From an uncultured delta proteobacterium (GTDB lineage Bacteria; Desulfobacterota; Binatia; UBA9968), in contig CAWJZV010000030.1 in assembly GCA_963847445.1 (NCBI GenBank), forward strand, positions 96,001 to 160,000: DNA of 64,000 nucleotides, written 5' to 3'. A program made the translations under genes and the position numbers. This document shows, piece by piece, positions 33,057 through 44,710 of the stretch (within the stretch, counting starts at the first letter, position 1; each line of letters opens with the position of its first letter). The notes below the pieces were generated by a model. It had not been told where the DNA came from. It made no database searches and saw only the letters and a program-made list of their open reading frames with translations.

Positions 33057-33389
33057 TTACTCGGACTTCGATTTAGCTTTCTGTTTGTCCTGCGTCTCGC
33101 GTGTGATTTTTTTGCTCTGAACATCCTGGGTATGCTCGATACGGCGTTTTTCTTGCTTGGTCACTTTGCCATCTTTCATGGCCCGATCTTCCGCCTTTTG
33201 CACCTGCTCCTGCCCCTTCTCAAGGCGCGCAGCTTCCTTTTGAGTGAGCTTGCCGGATGCGACGCCCTTGTCTATGCGCTTTTCCTGATTTTCCTGGCGC
33301 TGATCAATGCGCGGCGTGGCTTGTGCAGAAACCAATCCAGGTAGAATCAGCGAGGCAAACGCGAACGCAGTGAAGGTTAATTTATTCAT
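33057..33389 (-). CDS. Small secreted charged helical-repeat protein
   Basis: Signal peptide; TPRIDQRQENQEKRIDKGVASGKLTQKEAARLE...DGKVTKQEKRRI. Confidence 0.8.
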   Translation of the reverse strand: MNKLTFTAFAFASLILPGLVSAQATPRIDQRQENQEKRIDKGVASGKLTQKEAARLEKGQEQVQKAEDRAMKDGKVTKQEKRRIEHTQDVQSKKITRETQDKQKAKSKSE

Positions 33390-33637
33390 GAGGTTACTCC
33401 CTTTCTACTATGTGACTATTGTGCGTTATTTCGAAACCCATTCGGCAAGGCAGCCAACGGGGCGGCTCGGCTCTATGCTAATTTCGCGTATATATACGAT
33501 GGTGGCGTTGTTGTCCAATCCAAATCACCGCGAGGGACCGACGATGATTATCGTGAACGCCGCCGACAAAATTATTCGCATCATCGTAGCCATACCGCCG
33601 CCTTCACGAGCACGACCACAAACCACCAACACGCCAT

Positions 33638-34567
33638 CTACTCTTTGGCATACTTACCGGTAAGCTGCGGCGTGAATCCTTCCTGGCCCTTTTCTTGCCG
33701 CTGCAAGCGCGTCTCGCGCGCCCAGGTACGCTTGAGCTCGTCGCGGACCTTCACATGCAACCGGCCCAACGGTTCGGTTTCGATCTCAATCGCATCGCCG
33801 TCTTGAAACGGATTGAGGCCGCGGTGATTCGTACCCAAAGCAAGAATATCGCCCGGCTCCAACGGATGGATCGAGCTCACCCATTCGATGCAGCGGGGAA
33901 TTTTATGGGCCATGTCGCTGGTGTGATAGTTCTGCATCAACACGCCATTGTTCCACAGCCGCACCTGAAGATTATGCGGATCGGTGATTTCATCGGCGGT
34001 GACGATGAACGGCCCGGTGGGCGCGAAAGTCGCCCGCGATTTCATCTGGTAAAAAGTATTGCCGGCCGGCGGCAGACCGCGCGCGGACCCATCGACGAAA
34101 TTCATATAGCCGAAGATATAATCCATCGCCTGGGCCGCCGGGACATTGTCGGCGCGCTTGCCGATCACGAGCGCTAACTCGGCTTCGCCTTCGAAGATCG
34201 GCGCCGGCACATCGGGTAGAATCATGGTATCGCCGTCGCCGATGACCGAGTTTGGCGACTTGTGAAAAGCGTTGATCGGCGCCGGCTCTTTGCGCGTGCC
34301 GTCCTCCATATAGTTGACCGCCATGCAGTCGATATTAACCGGCTTGGGCAGCGGCGGACGAATCCGTACGCTCTTGAGCGCCACGCCGCTGCCAGCCGCC
34401 GCCGCCTTTTCAAGGGCGCTGCGATAATCGGCGAAACGTTCGATCAAACCGCTGATAAGATTATGCGGCCCGGTGTGTGGAATGTCTTGCACCGCCGGCG
34501 ACACATCCACGACGCTGTCGCCTTTGAGCACGCCGAGTTTGAAATCGTCGAAAAAAAGAATCTTCAT
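33638..34567 (-). CDS. Fumarylacetoacetate hydrolase family protein
   Basis: CMAVNY, FHKSPNSVIG, EGEAELALVIGK, KSRATFAPTGP, LEPGDILALGT. Confidence 0.93.
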   Translation of the reverse strand: MKILFFDDFKLGVLKGDSVVDVSPAVQDIPHTGPHNLISGLIERFADYRSALEKAAAAGSGVALKSVRIRPPLPKPVNIDCMAVNYMEDGTRKEPAPINAFHKSPNSVIGDGDTMILPDVPAPIFEGEAELALVIGKRADNVPAAQAMDYIFGYMNFVDGSARGLPPAGNTFYQMKSRATFAPTGPFIVTADEITDPHNLQVRLWNNGVLMQNYHTSDMAHKIPRCIEWVSSIHPLEPGDILALGTNHRGLNPFQDGDAIEIETEPLGRLHVKVRDELKRTWARETRLQRQEKGQEGFTPQLTGKYAKE

Positions 34568-34663
34568 GCGTTCCTCCTCGCAGATGCGTTACGGTATAGC
34601 GGAAACGGTATCCATACTTCAATCGAATAATTCCCCGCAGCTTGCTGCGGGGACAAAATTGCT

Positions 34664-34856
34664 GGGGTTTCCAAAGGGGGTTGAACATCCCCTTTGGTCG
34701 CGAGCCGGGTTCATACCCCGATCGCGAAATGGCCGGTTGATTGAAAAAAAAAGAGGGCGGGTTTCAAACCCGCCCGCTGCGTATCGCCAGCAATCTTTTA
34801 TTGGCGTGTGCTTGGCGGCAAGACTTCCGAGCCGGGCCGGGCGGGACCGGCCCCTA
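34664..34856. repeat. Cluster of REP-like palindromes
   Basis: ccaaaggggg...cccctttgg; gggcgggtttcaaacccgccc (34755-34775); gggccgg...ccggccc. Confidence 0.65.
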
Positions 34857-34868
34857 TAAGGACGAAAC

Positions 34869-35518
34869 TCACCAGCGATCCTGGCCCATCGCCCAGCGGT
34901 CGAGACTGGCGAGATATTCGCGGAACAGCACCATGCGCATCGCCACCGCGCGGCGCACCCGGTCTTGGCGTTCTTCAGTGGTGGCGTAACGTTTGAGAAA
35001 CAGCTGGGGCACGCTGCCATGGCCTTCTTCGTCTTCGGTGATCTTTCGATAGGGCTGCTTGATCCACTCGGGCACATCCGGTGATTTGAGGCACATCTGA
35101 ATCAGGTAGTTGGCGACGGTCTCACCCGCCAGCGAAAAACCGGCGATACGCTCGCAGGTCTCGTTCAAACCCTCCATGGCGTTGAACATGGCGATCTGCG
35201 CCGGCAGCGGTTTGTAGTCGAAGGGCTCGGCACCCAAGTCGCTCATGCGCTTGGTCAAGCAACTGCGCGTGAACCATCTCTTCATGGGCCGACTCGGCCA
35301 TGGTCGCTTTGACATCGAGTTCGGGAGTGGTCTTGAGCCAGGTACCAAAAAGATCGGCGGCGCGCAGCTCATTGAATAAGCCGGCTCTGCATCACCCGGA
35401 TGCGTTGTTCGTCGGTGCGCAACGGCACATAGGAATAGGCCGGCGGATTGCCATCGAGCACGCGGCAAAACTCATGCACCGGCGCGAGAATTTCCTGCAA
35501 GAATTCGTCACCGTTCAT
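34869..35518 (-). CDS. Ferritin-like diiron-carboxylate protein (indels)
   Basis: Joined reading NELRAAD...AHEEMVHA...LAGE...TEDEEGH gives the E / ExxH / E / ExxH ligand pattern. Confidence 0.72.
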
Positions 35519-35544
35519 ATTCGGCGCGGCGTCCTCAATGGGTC

Positions 35545-35590
35545 TTGAAACGTTTTGAACGACTTGAACTATTGGAACGTTTTGAACCTT
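35545..35590. repeat. Degenerate 9-nt tandem repeat (xTTGAACxx), about 5 units
   Basis: ttgaaacgt tttgaacga cttgaacta ttggaacgt ttttgaacct. Confidence 0.6.
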
Positions 35591-35602
35591 CGGTTCTTGA
35601 GT

Positions 35603-36316
35603 TTAGACCCGCCAACCCTTCTGCGAGATATCGATGCCGTTGCCTTCGGGATCGTGGACGCGATACTCGGCGAACGGGATGCGCTCGGGCCGTTTGGCGC
35701 CGCGGCGCACGCCTGCCCTCTCGGCCCTGCTCTGCATCTCCTCATTGCTCGGCACGTGAAAACCAAAATGGTTGAGCCCCATGGGCTCTTCCTTGCGCTG
35801 GTAGAGCAATGCCAGATTAAAATAACCGTCCGATACAAAGATCGACGAGCGGTCGGTGCGTTCGACTTCCTTCATATCGAGCACCTTGCAGTAAAACTCC
35901 GCCATCTTTGCCGGATTCGGCGTGTACAGCGCAATGTGACGAATCGGCACCGGCCGGGCGGCGTAGGCGACATCGAAGGCGCGGCGGGAGACGCCGACGG
36001 TATTGCCGTCGGGATCCTTGAGCTCGTGATCGATGGTCGCGGGCGAATTCACCTCGCAAACTTGGCTATCCGCCATGCCCACATGGGCGAGCCTTTTGCG
36101 GATCGACTCGACGCGCGCGGTATCGAAGCCCAGATGGCGAAAGCCGCATTTCTCTGGGTCCGGCTCCGGTAACAATCCCAGATTGAAGATACCGTCGGAA
36201 AGAAATAACGCTCCTTGGTTGTCATCGATCTTTTCGAGATCGAAAACCTCTTGGTAAAATTTGGCGAGTCGCTCAGGGTCTTCGGCGGCGATGACCAACT
36301 GACGTAAGTTTGGCAT
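35603..36316 (-). CDS. Two-domain VOC/glyoxalase family protein
   Basis: Duplicated LRQLVI/IRHIAL...FY..VFDL/VLDM, SDG.FNL, HLGF/HFGF, DPDGN/DPEGN. Confidence 0.9.
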   Translation of the reverse strand: MPNLRQLVIAAEDPERLAKFYQEVFDLEKIDDNQGALFLSDGIFNLGLLPEPDPEKCGFRHLGFDTARVESIRKRLAHVGMADSQVCEVNSPATIDHELKDPDGNTVGVSRRAFDVAYAARPVPIRHIALYTPNPAKMAEFYCKVLDMKEVERTDRSSIFVSDGYFNLALLYQRKEEPMGLNHFGFHVPSNEEMQSRAERAGVRRGAKRPERIPFAEYRVHDPEGNGIDISQKGWRV

Positions 36317-36371
36317 GGTGACGGTTATCCTTTCACGAAGCGGCTGACCGCTATTAGGTCATGGTGATCGG

Positions 36372-38892
36372 TCATTGCAGCAGATCCCTCGTCGAAGCTA
36401 AAGCCGGCCAGCCCGCGCGCGGCGCCAAGGGTTTGAGCGGCAAGCGTAAGCTAAACACACTGCCCACGCCTACCTCGCTGCGCAAGTGAATCTCACCACC
36501 GATTGACGCGGCGAGTTTTTTACAAAGTCCAAGTCCGACACCGGTTCCACCATACTGGCGGGTCGACGAGCCGTCGAGCTGGCGGAAGTCTTCGAATATC
36601 ACCTGCTGATCCTCGCTCCGAATACCGATGCCGGTATCGGCGATGGCGATCTCCAAAAACTCGCCGGCGTTTTCCTCAAGACGGCGGATACGCAGCTCGA
36701 TCTTGCCCTTCTCGGTAAACTTGAGCGCGTTGGTAATCAGTTCCAGCAATATCTGTTGGAGTTTCTGGCCATCGCTTTCGATGGTCTCGATGGCCGGCTC
36801 CAAGTGAATACCGAACTGGATCGGCCGTTGGCGGATCAAGCGTTGAGTCATCATCTCCAGGCCGCCGAGAATCTCCTTCAACTTGACGATCTCGACCTGC
36901 GTCGCACCGCTATCCGCTTCCATGCGCGAATAATTCATCAGGTTATCCATCAGATGGGACAACTCTTGGCCGTTGTTTACCAGCCGGTCGAGTATCTCCC
37001 GGCCGCTGCCGTTGATGCCGCTTTCACGCAGAACTTCGCTAAAGCCGATGATCGTGCTCACCGGCGTGCGCAGTTCGTGGCAAATATTCGCGACAAAATC
37101 CTTCTTGATGCGGTCCATCTCGATTAATTTCCGGTTGCTCGCCTCGACCCGTTGGCGCGCCTCCACCGACTCTTGATAAAGCCGGCCATTTTCCAACGAC
37201 AGCGCCAATTGATCGGTTAGAGTCCGCAGCAAGCGGAAGTCCTCGGCGCCATATTCGCCGCCGGACCATTTCGCGCCAAAACAAACGAATCCGCGCACCG
37301 CCCGCTCGTAAACCAGCGGCATGAGCAATTCGGCGTGCCAGCGGCCAAAGATGTCGAGCAGCGCTGCGCGCTTTTCGGCGAAGCGCGGATGACTGGAAAT
37401 CTCGCTGCGGCTCATGCCACGGGCGTCAGCAGCGTCCAATAGACCGGCCACATAATCGCTGTCCGCCGCCAGCAGCGCCAGATCCTGGGTGATTTTTTGG
37501 GCGCAAGGAGCAAACCAATTCAGGAGAATTCTTGGGCCGGTAAACCAGCACCGCGCTGTCGATGCGCAGGGGCTTACACACATGATCGACGAACCCTTGG
37601 GCCAGCGCTGGCGCGGCGTCAAGGCTACGGAGAAACAGGCTGGTGTCCTCCTGAACCTGCGCCGGGTCGTAATCCTGGCGGTAAACGAAGCGGTCGACGA
37701 TATGTTCGAGCCAGCGCAGCAACGGATTGAAGATCGCCACGACCAAAATCGAAAACAGAATCGGAATCAGCGGTTCCTTAGCGTACTGGCCGGCCCAAGG
37801 CGCGAGCAGCAGGGCAACCACCGCGTAGACGCCGATCAACATGCCCATGAGCGCGATGCGGCTGACCGTAACCCGCAGGGCGTTACCGAGATCGAACAGG
37901 CTATATTTGAGTAGCGCGTAGGCGATCGAGATCGGGAAAAATACCGTCGGCACCAAAGCCAAATTATAGGGAATCTTCAGTTGGTACGAACTGGTCAGCA
38001 CCGTGGTCAGCCCCGGCACCAGGAATCCCACCAGCGCACCGACGAACATTACCCGCAAACGCGAGCGTTCGAGATCCGATGAACTTTGCCGCAGGGCGCG
38101 GCCGGTGATACCGAGAAAACACAGCGCGCCGATGCAAACGTAAATATATCCGGCGCGGAAATGATTCGCCCAGGTTTCCAAAGGGCCGAAAAACGTCAGG
38201 CTATTCATCGCCCCCAGGGCTACGCCGACGCCGTAAAGGATCGCCACGAAACGTGGTCGGAGCATCGGCTGCGCATCGGACCGGCTCAACATCAGAGCCA
38301 AATGAATCGCCGCGCTGGGGGTTAAGGTGAGAGCAAAAATTCGCAGCTCCTTGGGCAGAACCGCTTCGGTCATAAAATCGAAAGTGGTCTGGAACCAAAC
38401 GAACACCGTCAGCACCATGAAGCAGAGCGGCAACGCCACCGGGGTCGCCGCGCGAAACATATACGGGGCGGTTCCCATCACCAGGAACGCCACACCGATG
38501 GCGATATAAACCCCGAAACTGAGCAGCCAATCGCGCAGGCCAAATGTCATGGTCGGCACCGCCACCTCGAGCGCTTGGCCGTTGCGCAGGATACGATAGC
38601 GTAGCGGCGTACCGACCGGCACACTGCGCACTGACGCGTAAAGATCGGCACGACCGTCCACAGGCCGCCCGCCGACGGCGACGACATGGTCCAAAGACTC
38701 AAGTCCCGCCGCGGCGCCGGACCAACCCGGTAACGCATACGGCCCAACGGTCAGGTTTTCATGAACGAAGAAGCCGGGAAACGGCTGGCCAATCCAGCGG
38801 CCCGAGGAGAAAAATGATTCGCCAATCAGCAGAGTGCCGAAGACACCGCTAACCAGAAGCAGCAACCATCTGTGCCAACTCTGCCGATTCAT
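36372..38892 (-). CDS. Orphan sensor histidine kinase: PDZ + multi-TM + GAF-like + HisKA/HATPase (one indel near 37520)
   Basis: AAAGLESLDHVVAVGG (PDZ); several TM helices; LALSLENGRLY; CHELRTP, NALKFT, DTGIGI, GGTGVGL. Confidence 0.9.
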
Positions 38893-39035
38893 GGCACTCC
38901 CTTGTCCCTTGTTGGTTCGAGCAAGACGCCTCGATTTAGCAGGCGGCATCGATCGCTGTCAAGAAAGCCGCCGCGCCTGCGCTCCCAGCACTCGATCGAA
39001 AGCTCACTGTTGGAACAATACCGACCAACCTAAAG

Positions 39036-39560
39036 CTAGATCTTGGCAATGGTCTCGCTGGCGAGAACGATGCGGGTTTGCCGGCCGAGAATTTCAAGTA
39101 AGACTGCCACCCGCTCGCTGCTCTTCAGCGTTCGCTCAAAGACCGCCTCTAGACCGGAAAACGGTCCTTCATTGATGCGCACCGTGTCACCTGGTTTGGC
39201 GGTCACCGGATCGATCTGCGCCACACCGCCGGGACAGCGCTCACGCAGCGCCGCGATGATATCTTCACCGACCTCGGCAACCTGGCTTCCGAAGGTAAGA
39301 AAATCCTTTACACCCGGCGCATAGCGCGCCAACCTTCCTGACAGTGCCATATCGAGCCGGGTGAAAACATAGCCGGGGAAAAGCGGCACTTTGACCCAAT
39401 GGAACTTCCTGCCGATCCGCCGGCGCGCCTGCATCCTTGGCAAAAACACTTCAAGATGTAAATTGGTCAAGCGCTTTTCGACATCCCTTTCACGATTGAG
39501 TTTGGTTTGAATAGCGTACCATCTGAGTCCCGGTTCGATTTGTAAGGCTTGTTGTATCAT
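39036..39560 (-). CDS. rfaH: Specialised NusG paralog (RfaH/UpxY/LoaP-like antiterminator)
   Basis: WYAIQTK, PLFPGYVF, PGVKDFLTFG (NGN); PGDTVRINEGPFSGLEAVF..ERVAVLLEILG (KOW). Confidence 0.85.
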   Translation of the reverse strand: MIQQALQIEPGLRWYAIQTKLNRERDVEKRLTNLHLEVFLPRMQARRRIGRKFHWVKVPLFPGYVFTRLDMALSGRLARYAPGVKDFLTFGSQVAEVGEDIIAALRERCPGGVAQIDPVTAKPGDTVRINEGPFSGLEAVFERTLKSSERVAVLLEILGRQTRIVLASETIAKI

Positions 39561-39791
39561 CGGTTCGTTCAATGCCGATTGCTTCGACGGTAATTTTTTT
39601 TTAGCTGAAACGTCCGAATTGTAGCAGACCAAAGCAAAATAGATAATCGCCGCGGCGATTTTTTCTTGACTTTGACGCTAAATAAGCTTTCAATAATTGA
39701 AGTAAGACAACGGCTGTACTGAAGATCAAGTTCTTTGTGATCGTCTAACGAGCAAGGAATCGGCAAGCGGACTAACCAAACAGGAGGTCGC

Positions 39792-39878
39792 ATGCGAGCC
39801 ACAGCTTACTCCCAGCCTTCCCACGCAGCCGTTAGCGGCTCCAGCTCCGCGTACCGACAATTTGTCCGCTCATGGTGA
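39792..39878 (+). CDS. Small ORF (28 aa) upstream of prkA
   Basis: AGGAGGT Shine-Dalgarno then MRATAYSQPSHAAVSGSSSAYRQFVRSW*. Confidence 0.35.
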   Translation: MRATAYSQPSHAAVSGSSSAYRQFVRSW

Positions 39879-40025
39879 TGCGCGAACCGCTCATAGTTAA
39901 TGCGCCGGCCCGCCTTGGTTGGGCCATCCATCCGGCTTTTTCCTGCGCGCCCGCACGGTACCGCTCCATTGGTAATTTCAAAGTTTGCACTAACCTACGC
40001 GATTGTAACAAGGGAGGCTGTTGGC

Positions 40026-41961
40026 ATGGACCATAACACGGAGTTCGAAGATCTCATCAAACGCGACCGCGACATGCATCAATCGCGCGCTTGGCGCGGT
40101 AATTTGCTTGGCTACCTCGAGAAAGTCAAAGAAGATCCTGGCATCACCAAACTCGCCCACGCCCGCATGTACGACATACTGATGAAAGCCGGGGTTCGCG
40201 ACATTCATGAACAGCATGACCCGCACACCCAACGGCTTTACAAAGACGAAACCATAAAACTTTACGATTTTTTCGCCGATGAGTTCTTCGGCATCGAGAA
40301 GACCGTTTCTCAGATTGTCCGCTACTTCCACGCCGCTTCGCTCAAGGGCGAAGAGAGCCGTCAGGTCCTCTACTTGATGGGTCCGGTGGGTTCGGGCAAG
40401 AGCTCTCTGGTCGAAAAACTCCATCGCGGTCTCGAAGCCAGCGATGCCATCTATGCCATCGAAGGCTGCCCGATGTTCGAGGAGCCGCTCCATCTGATTC
40501 CGCGCCACCTGCGCAAAGAGTTCGAAAAAATGCTCGGCATGCACCTCGAAGGCGATTTGTGCCCGGTGTGCCGTTACAAATTGCAACATGAGTACAACGG
40601 CAAGTACGAGGAATTCCCGGTCCACACAGTCGAATTTTCCAAGCGCGCGCGGGTCGGCATCGGCGTCGTGCCGCCGGTGGACCCCAACAACCAGGACACC
40701 TCGGTGCTGATCGGCAGCGAAGATATTTCGAAACTCGACCTTTATTCCGAAGGCGATCCGCGGGTTTTGGAATTGAACGGCGCGCTCAACATCGGCAACC
40801 GCGGCTTGGTTGAGTTTATCGAGGTATTCAAGAACGAGATCGAGTACCTGCACTGCATGATCACCGCGACCCAAGAGAAAGTCGTGCCGGCACCCGGGCG
40901 GCATGGCCTCGTCTACGTCGATACCGTGATCGTCGCCCACTCCAACGAAGCCGAATGGCAAAAATTCAAGGCCGACCACACCAACGAAGCGATCCTCGAC
41001 CGCATCGTCGTGGTGCGCGTGCCGTACAATCTACGGCTGTCGGAAGAAGTGAAAATTTATCAAAAGATCATCCGTCATTCGGACTTCCGCGCCCATGTCG
41101 CGCCCCATACATTGGAAGTGGCCTCGATGTTCGCGATCCTGTCGCGCCTGGAGCCCACCGCCAAATGCGATCTGATGACCAAGCTCAAGCTCTACAACGG
41201 CGAAGAAGTCGTCGAGAAGGGCCGGACGAAGAAAGTCGACGTTCAAGAGTTGCGCGACGCGACCAAGCGCGAAGGCATGTCCGGCATCTCCACGCGCTTT
41301 ATCATGAAGGCCCTCGACAACGCGCTGTCGGACAACACGGCCGGCAACTGCATCAACGCGATCAACGTCCGCGAAGCCTTGATCAACATGACCAAGGAAG
41401 CCGACATGCCCGACGACACGAGGAAACAGTATCTGGAGTTTCTCCAGGATACGCTGCACAAGGAATATCTTGAGCTGCTGGAAAAGGAGATCACCCGGGC
41501 CTTCGTCTATTCCTACCAGGAACAGGCCGAAGGGCTGTTCCAGAACTATCTCGACCACGCCGAAGCCTATATCAACAAGAGCAAGGTCAAAGACCGTAAC
41601 ACCAAGGAAGAGCTGGCGCCGGACGAAGGCTTCATGAAATCGATTGAAGAGCAGATCGCCATCATCGGTTCCGCCGCCGACGGTTTCCGCCAGGAAGTGA
41701 TCGCTTACCTATGGGCCGCCAACCGGCGCGGCGAAAAGATCGACTATCGCAGCTACGAGCCTTTAAAAGAAGCCATCGAGAAGAAACTGATCACCTCGGT
41801 GCGCGACTTGAGCCGGGTGATCACCAAGTCGCGCATGCGCGACGAAGAGCAATCGGACAAATACAACGCCATGGTCAAGAATCTTGCTGGAGAACGGCTA
41901 CTGCCAGAGCTGTGTCGATGTCGTGCTCAAGTATGCGGCGAATAATCTTTGGAAGGACTGA
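40026..41961 (+). CDS. prkA: PrkA/YeaG AAA+ serine protein kinase (indel near C-terminus)
   Basis: FFGIEK, LMGPVGSGKSS Walker A, GCPMFEEPLHL, GNRGLVEFIE, NEAILDR, VPYNL. Confidence 0.96.
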
Positions 41962-41986
41962 GGATCAAGGAGACGTTCGCATAACC

Positions 41987-43191
41987 ATGTCGACGATCTT
42001 TCGTCCTTACAATTCGTCGTCGGGTCAACGCAGCGACCGCAGCGCCGGCGACCGCTTGCGCCACCGGCAAAAAGTGCGCGAAGCGATCCGCAACAATATC
42101 GCCGATATCATCGCCGAGGAATCGATTATCGGCAAAGACCACAACCGCATCATTAAAGTTCCCATCCGCGGCGTCAAAGAGTATCGATTCATTTACGGCG
42201 ACAACGCTCCCGGCGTCGGTCAAGGCGGCGACGGCGAACCCAAGCCAGGCGATGTGGTCGGCCAAGGCGACGAGGGCAAAGCCGGACAACAGGCGGGCAA
42301 CCGTCCCGGCGTCGACTACTACGAGACCGATGTCAGTCTCGACGAGCTGATCGATCTCATGTTCGAGGATCTCGAACTGCCCGACCTGGAACGCAAGCGA
42401 CTGCGCAAGATCGAGTTCGAACGGCTAATTCAAGCAGAAAGGGTTTTCGCCGCAAAGGCATCCGCGTTCGGCTCGACAAAAAACGCACGGCCAAATCGCG
42501 CATCAAGCGCAAAAAGGCGACCCAGCGAAACCAGTCGTCGGCTGCTCAGGCGAGCGTGGCTTGGTTCATCTGCAGCGCTTCCCCTTTCACAAAGACGACC
42601 TGCGCTACCATCACACGGTGACCGACACCCGCGAGGAGTCCAACGCCGTGGTTTTGTGCATCATGGACACTTCGGGCTCCATGGACACCATGAAGAAATA
42701 TCTGGCGCGCAGTTTCTTCTTTCTGCTCTATCAATTTATCTCGACTCGCTATCAGAACGTCGAGATCGTCTTCATCGCGCACCACACCGAGGCCCAGGAG
42801 GTCACCGAAGACGAGTTTTTTCACAAGGGCGAATCCGGCGGCACCATGATCTCGTCCGGCTACAACAAGGCGCTGGAGATCATCGAGCAGCGCTACCACC
42901 CGGCGCTGTGGAACGTTTACGTCTTTCACTGCTCCGACGGCGACAATTTCGAGTCCGACAATCCAGCGACGCTCAAAGCCGCCCAAGAGCTCGCCCAGGC
43001 CGCCAATCTGTTCGGTTATGGCGAAATCAAACCGCTCGGGTACCGGTTACTACGGCAGCAGCTTGATCAGCTTTTTTGCGCAGATCCAGGAACCGAATTT
43101 TCTCACGGTGCAGATTCAAAAAAAAGAAGATATTTGGAGTTCGTTCAAAACATTTCTGACCAAAGACCGCGCCCGAGAAGACGCCGCCTGA
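41987..43191 (+). CDS. yeaH: YeaH/YhbH (DUF444) vWA-like protein (indels)
   Basis: DRLRHRQKVREAI, LELPDL, MDTSGSM, FIAHHTEA, GESGGT, HCSDGDN. Confidence 0.93.
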
Positions 43192-43202
43192 GGCTACGTC
43201 TA

Positions 43203-44639
43203 ATGTCCACCGACTTCACCCTCGACGATCTCGAGCGCTGGAACGAGCGCATTGTCGAACTGGTCCAACGCTTCGGCCTCGACCCCTATGATCAAGAGTT
43301 CGAGATTTGCGACCACGAGGACATGCTCTCCTACATGGTCTATTCCGGCATGCCGTCCCACTATCCGCATTGGTCCTACGGCAAAGGCTTCGAGAAGCTC
43401 AAGACGCTTTACGACTATGGCGTCAGCGGCCTGCCCTACGAAATGGTCATCAACTCCAATCCGTCGATCGCATACCTCATGCGCGACAATACTCTGGCCT
43501 TGCAGGTGCTCACCATCGCCCATGTCTACGGCCACAACGATTTTTTCAAGAACAATTTCACCTTTCGGTCGACCCGCGCGGAATTCACGATTGAGAACTT
43601 CAAGAGCCACGCCAACCGAGTGCGCCACTATGTCGAAGATCCGAGCATCGGCCTGGAACGAGTCGAGGCTGTTGTCGACGCCGCCCATGCGCTGTCGCTG
43701 CAATGCCGGCGCAATCTCGCCGTGCGCAAGCCCACTGCCGCCGAAGAACGGCAGCGCAAGATCGAAGAAGCCAAAGCGCCGGACGATCCGTTTCACGCGA
43801 TTCACCGCCGCCGCGAGACCGTCGAACCCGATCTGCAAAAAGTGCCGCTCTACCCGGATCAAGACTTGCTGCTGTTCATCCGCGATCACAACCCGCTGCT
43901 CGCCGAATGGGAAAAGGATCTTTTGACCATCGTCCACGAAGAAGCCCAGTATTTTATTCCGCAGATCGAAACCAAGATCATGAACGAAGGCTGGGCGAGT
44001 TTCTGGCACAAACGCATTCTAGAAACCCTCGATTTGCCCCAGAGGGCTGCATCTGGAATTTCTCGTGCGCCACGCCCAGGTGCTGCGGCCCTCGCCGGGC
44101 AGCCTCAATCCCTACCATGTCGGTATGAAAGTTTGGGAGGATATCGAGAAACGCTGGAAGAATCCCAGCGCCGCCGATAATAAAAGAGTTCGGCCCGCGT
44201 AAAAAAACCGCCAATGAAAAACTTTTCGAAGTGCGCGAGGTCGAGCGCGACAGCTCGTTTCTGCGCCGTTATCTGACCGAGGATCTGATCCGCGAACTCA
44301 ATTTGTTCGAGTACAAAGCCCGCGGCAATGAACAGGTGGTCAGCCACGTCGCCGACGAAGACAACTGGCAGTACATCAAGGACACCCTGATCCGCAACGT
44401 CGGCACCGGCACGATCCCGGTCATCAAGGTCGTCGACTGCCGATTACCAGAACAACCGCACGCTGCTGCTCCAGCATGACCATGACGGCCGCGATCTCCA
44501 ACTGGAGTATGCCGAGAAAACTTTGCAATATGTCCAACAGCTCTGGGGCCGGGACGTCGCCATGGAAACCGTCCTCGACAATCATCGCACCCTGCTGACC
44601 TTCTCCGGCAACAAACTCGCCATCAGGAAATCGGCCTAG
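43203..44639 (+). CDS. spoVR: SpoVR/YcgB family protein (indels)
   Basis: GMPSHYPHWSYGK, YEMVINSNP, AHVYGHNDFFKNN, QYFIPQIETKIMNEGWASFWH. Confidence 0.95.
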
Positions 44640-44710
44640 CCCCGGTTTCCCATCGCCGGTTGCCAATAACCCGGCTGCGTGCGATTACTTGATGGCAGCG
44701 CACACCGGCC

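Noticed and set aside
33400-33637. Short hydrophobic ORFs between the FAH gene and the secreted repeat protein
   Set aside because: No RBS, very short, no recognisable family.
35545-35590. Possible CRISPR or mini-array
   Set aside because: Only degenerate 9-nt units with no spacers and no cas genes.
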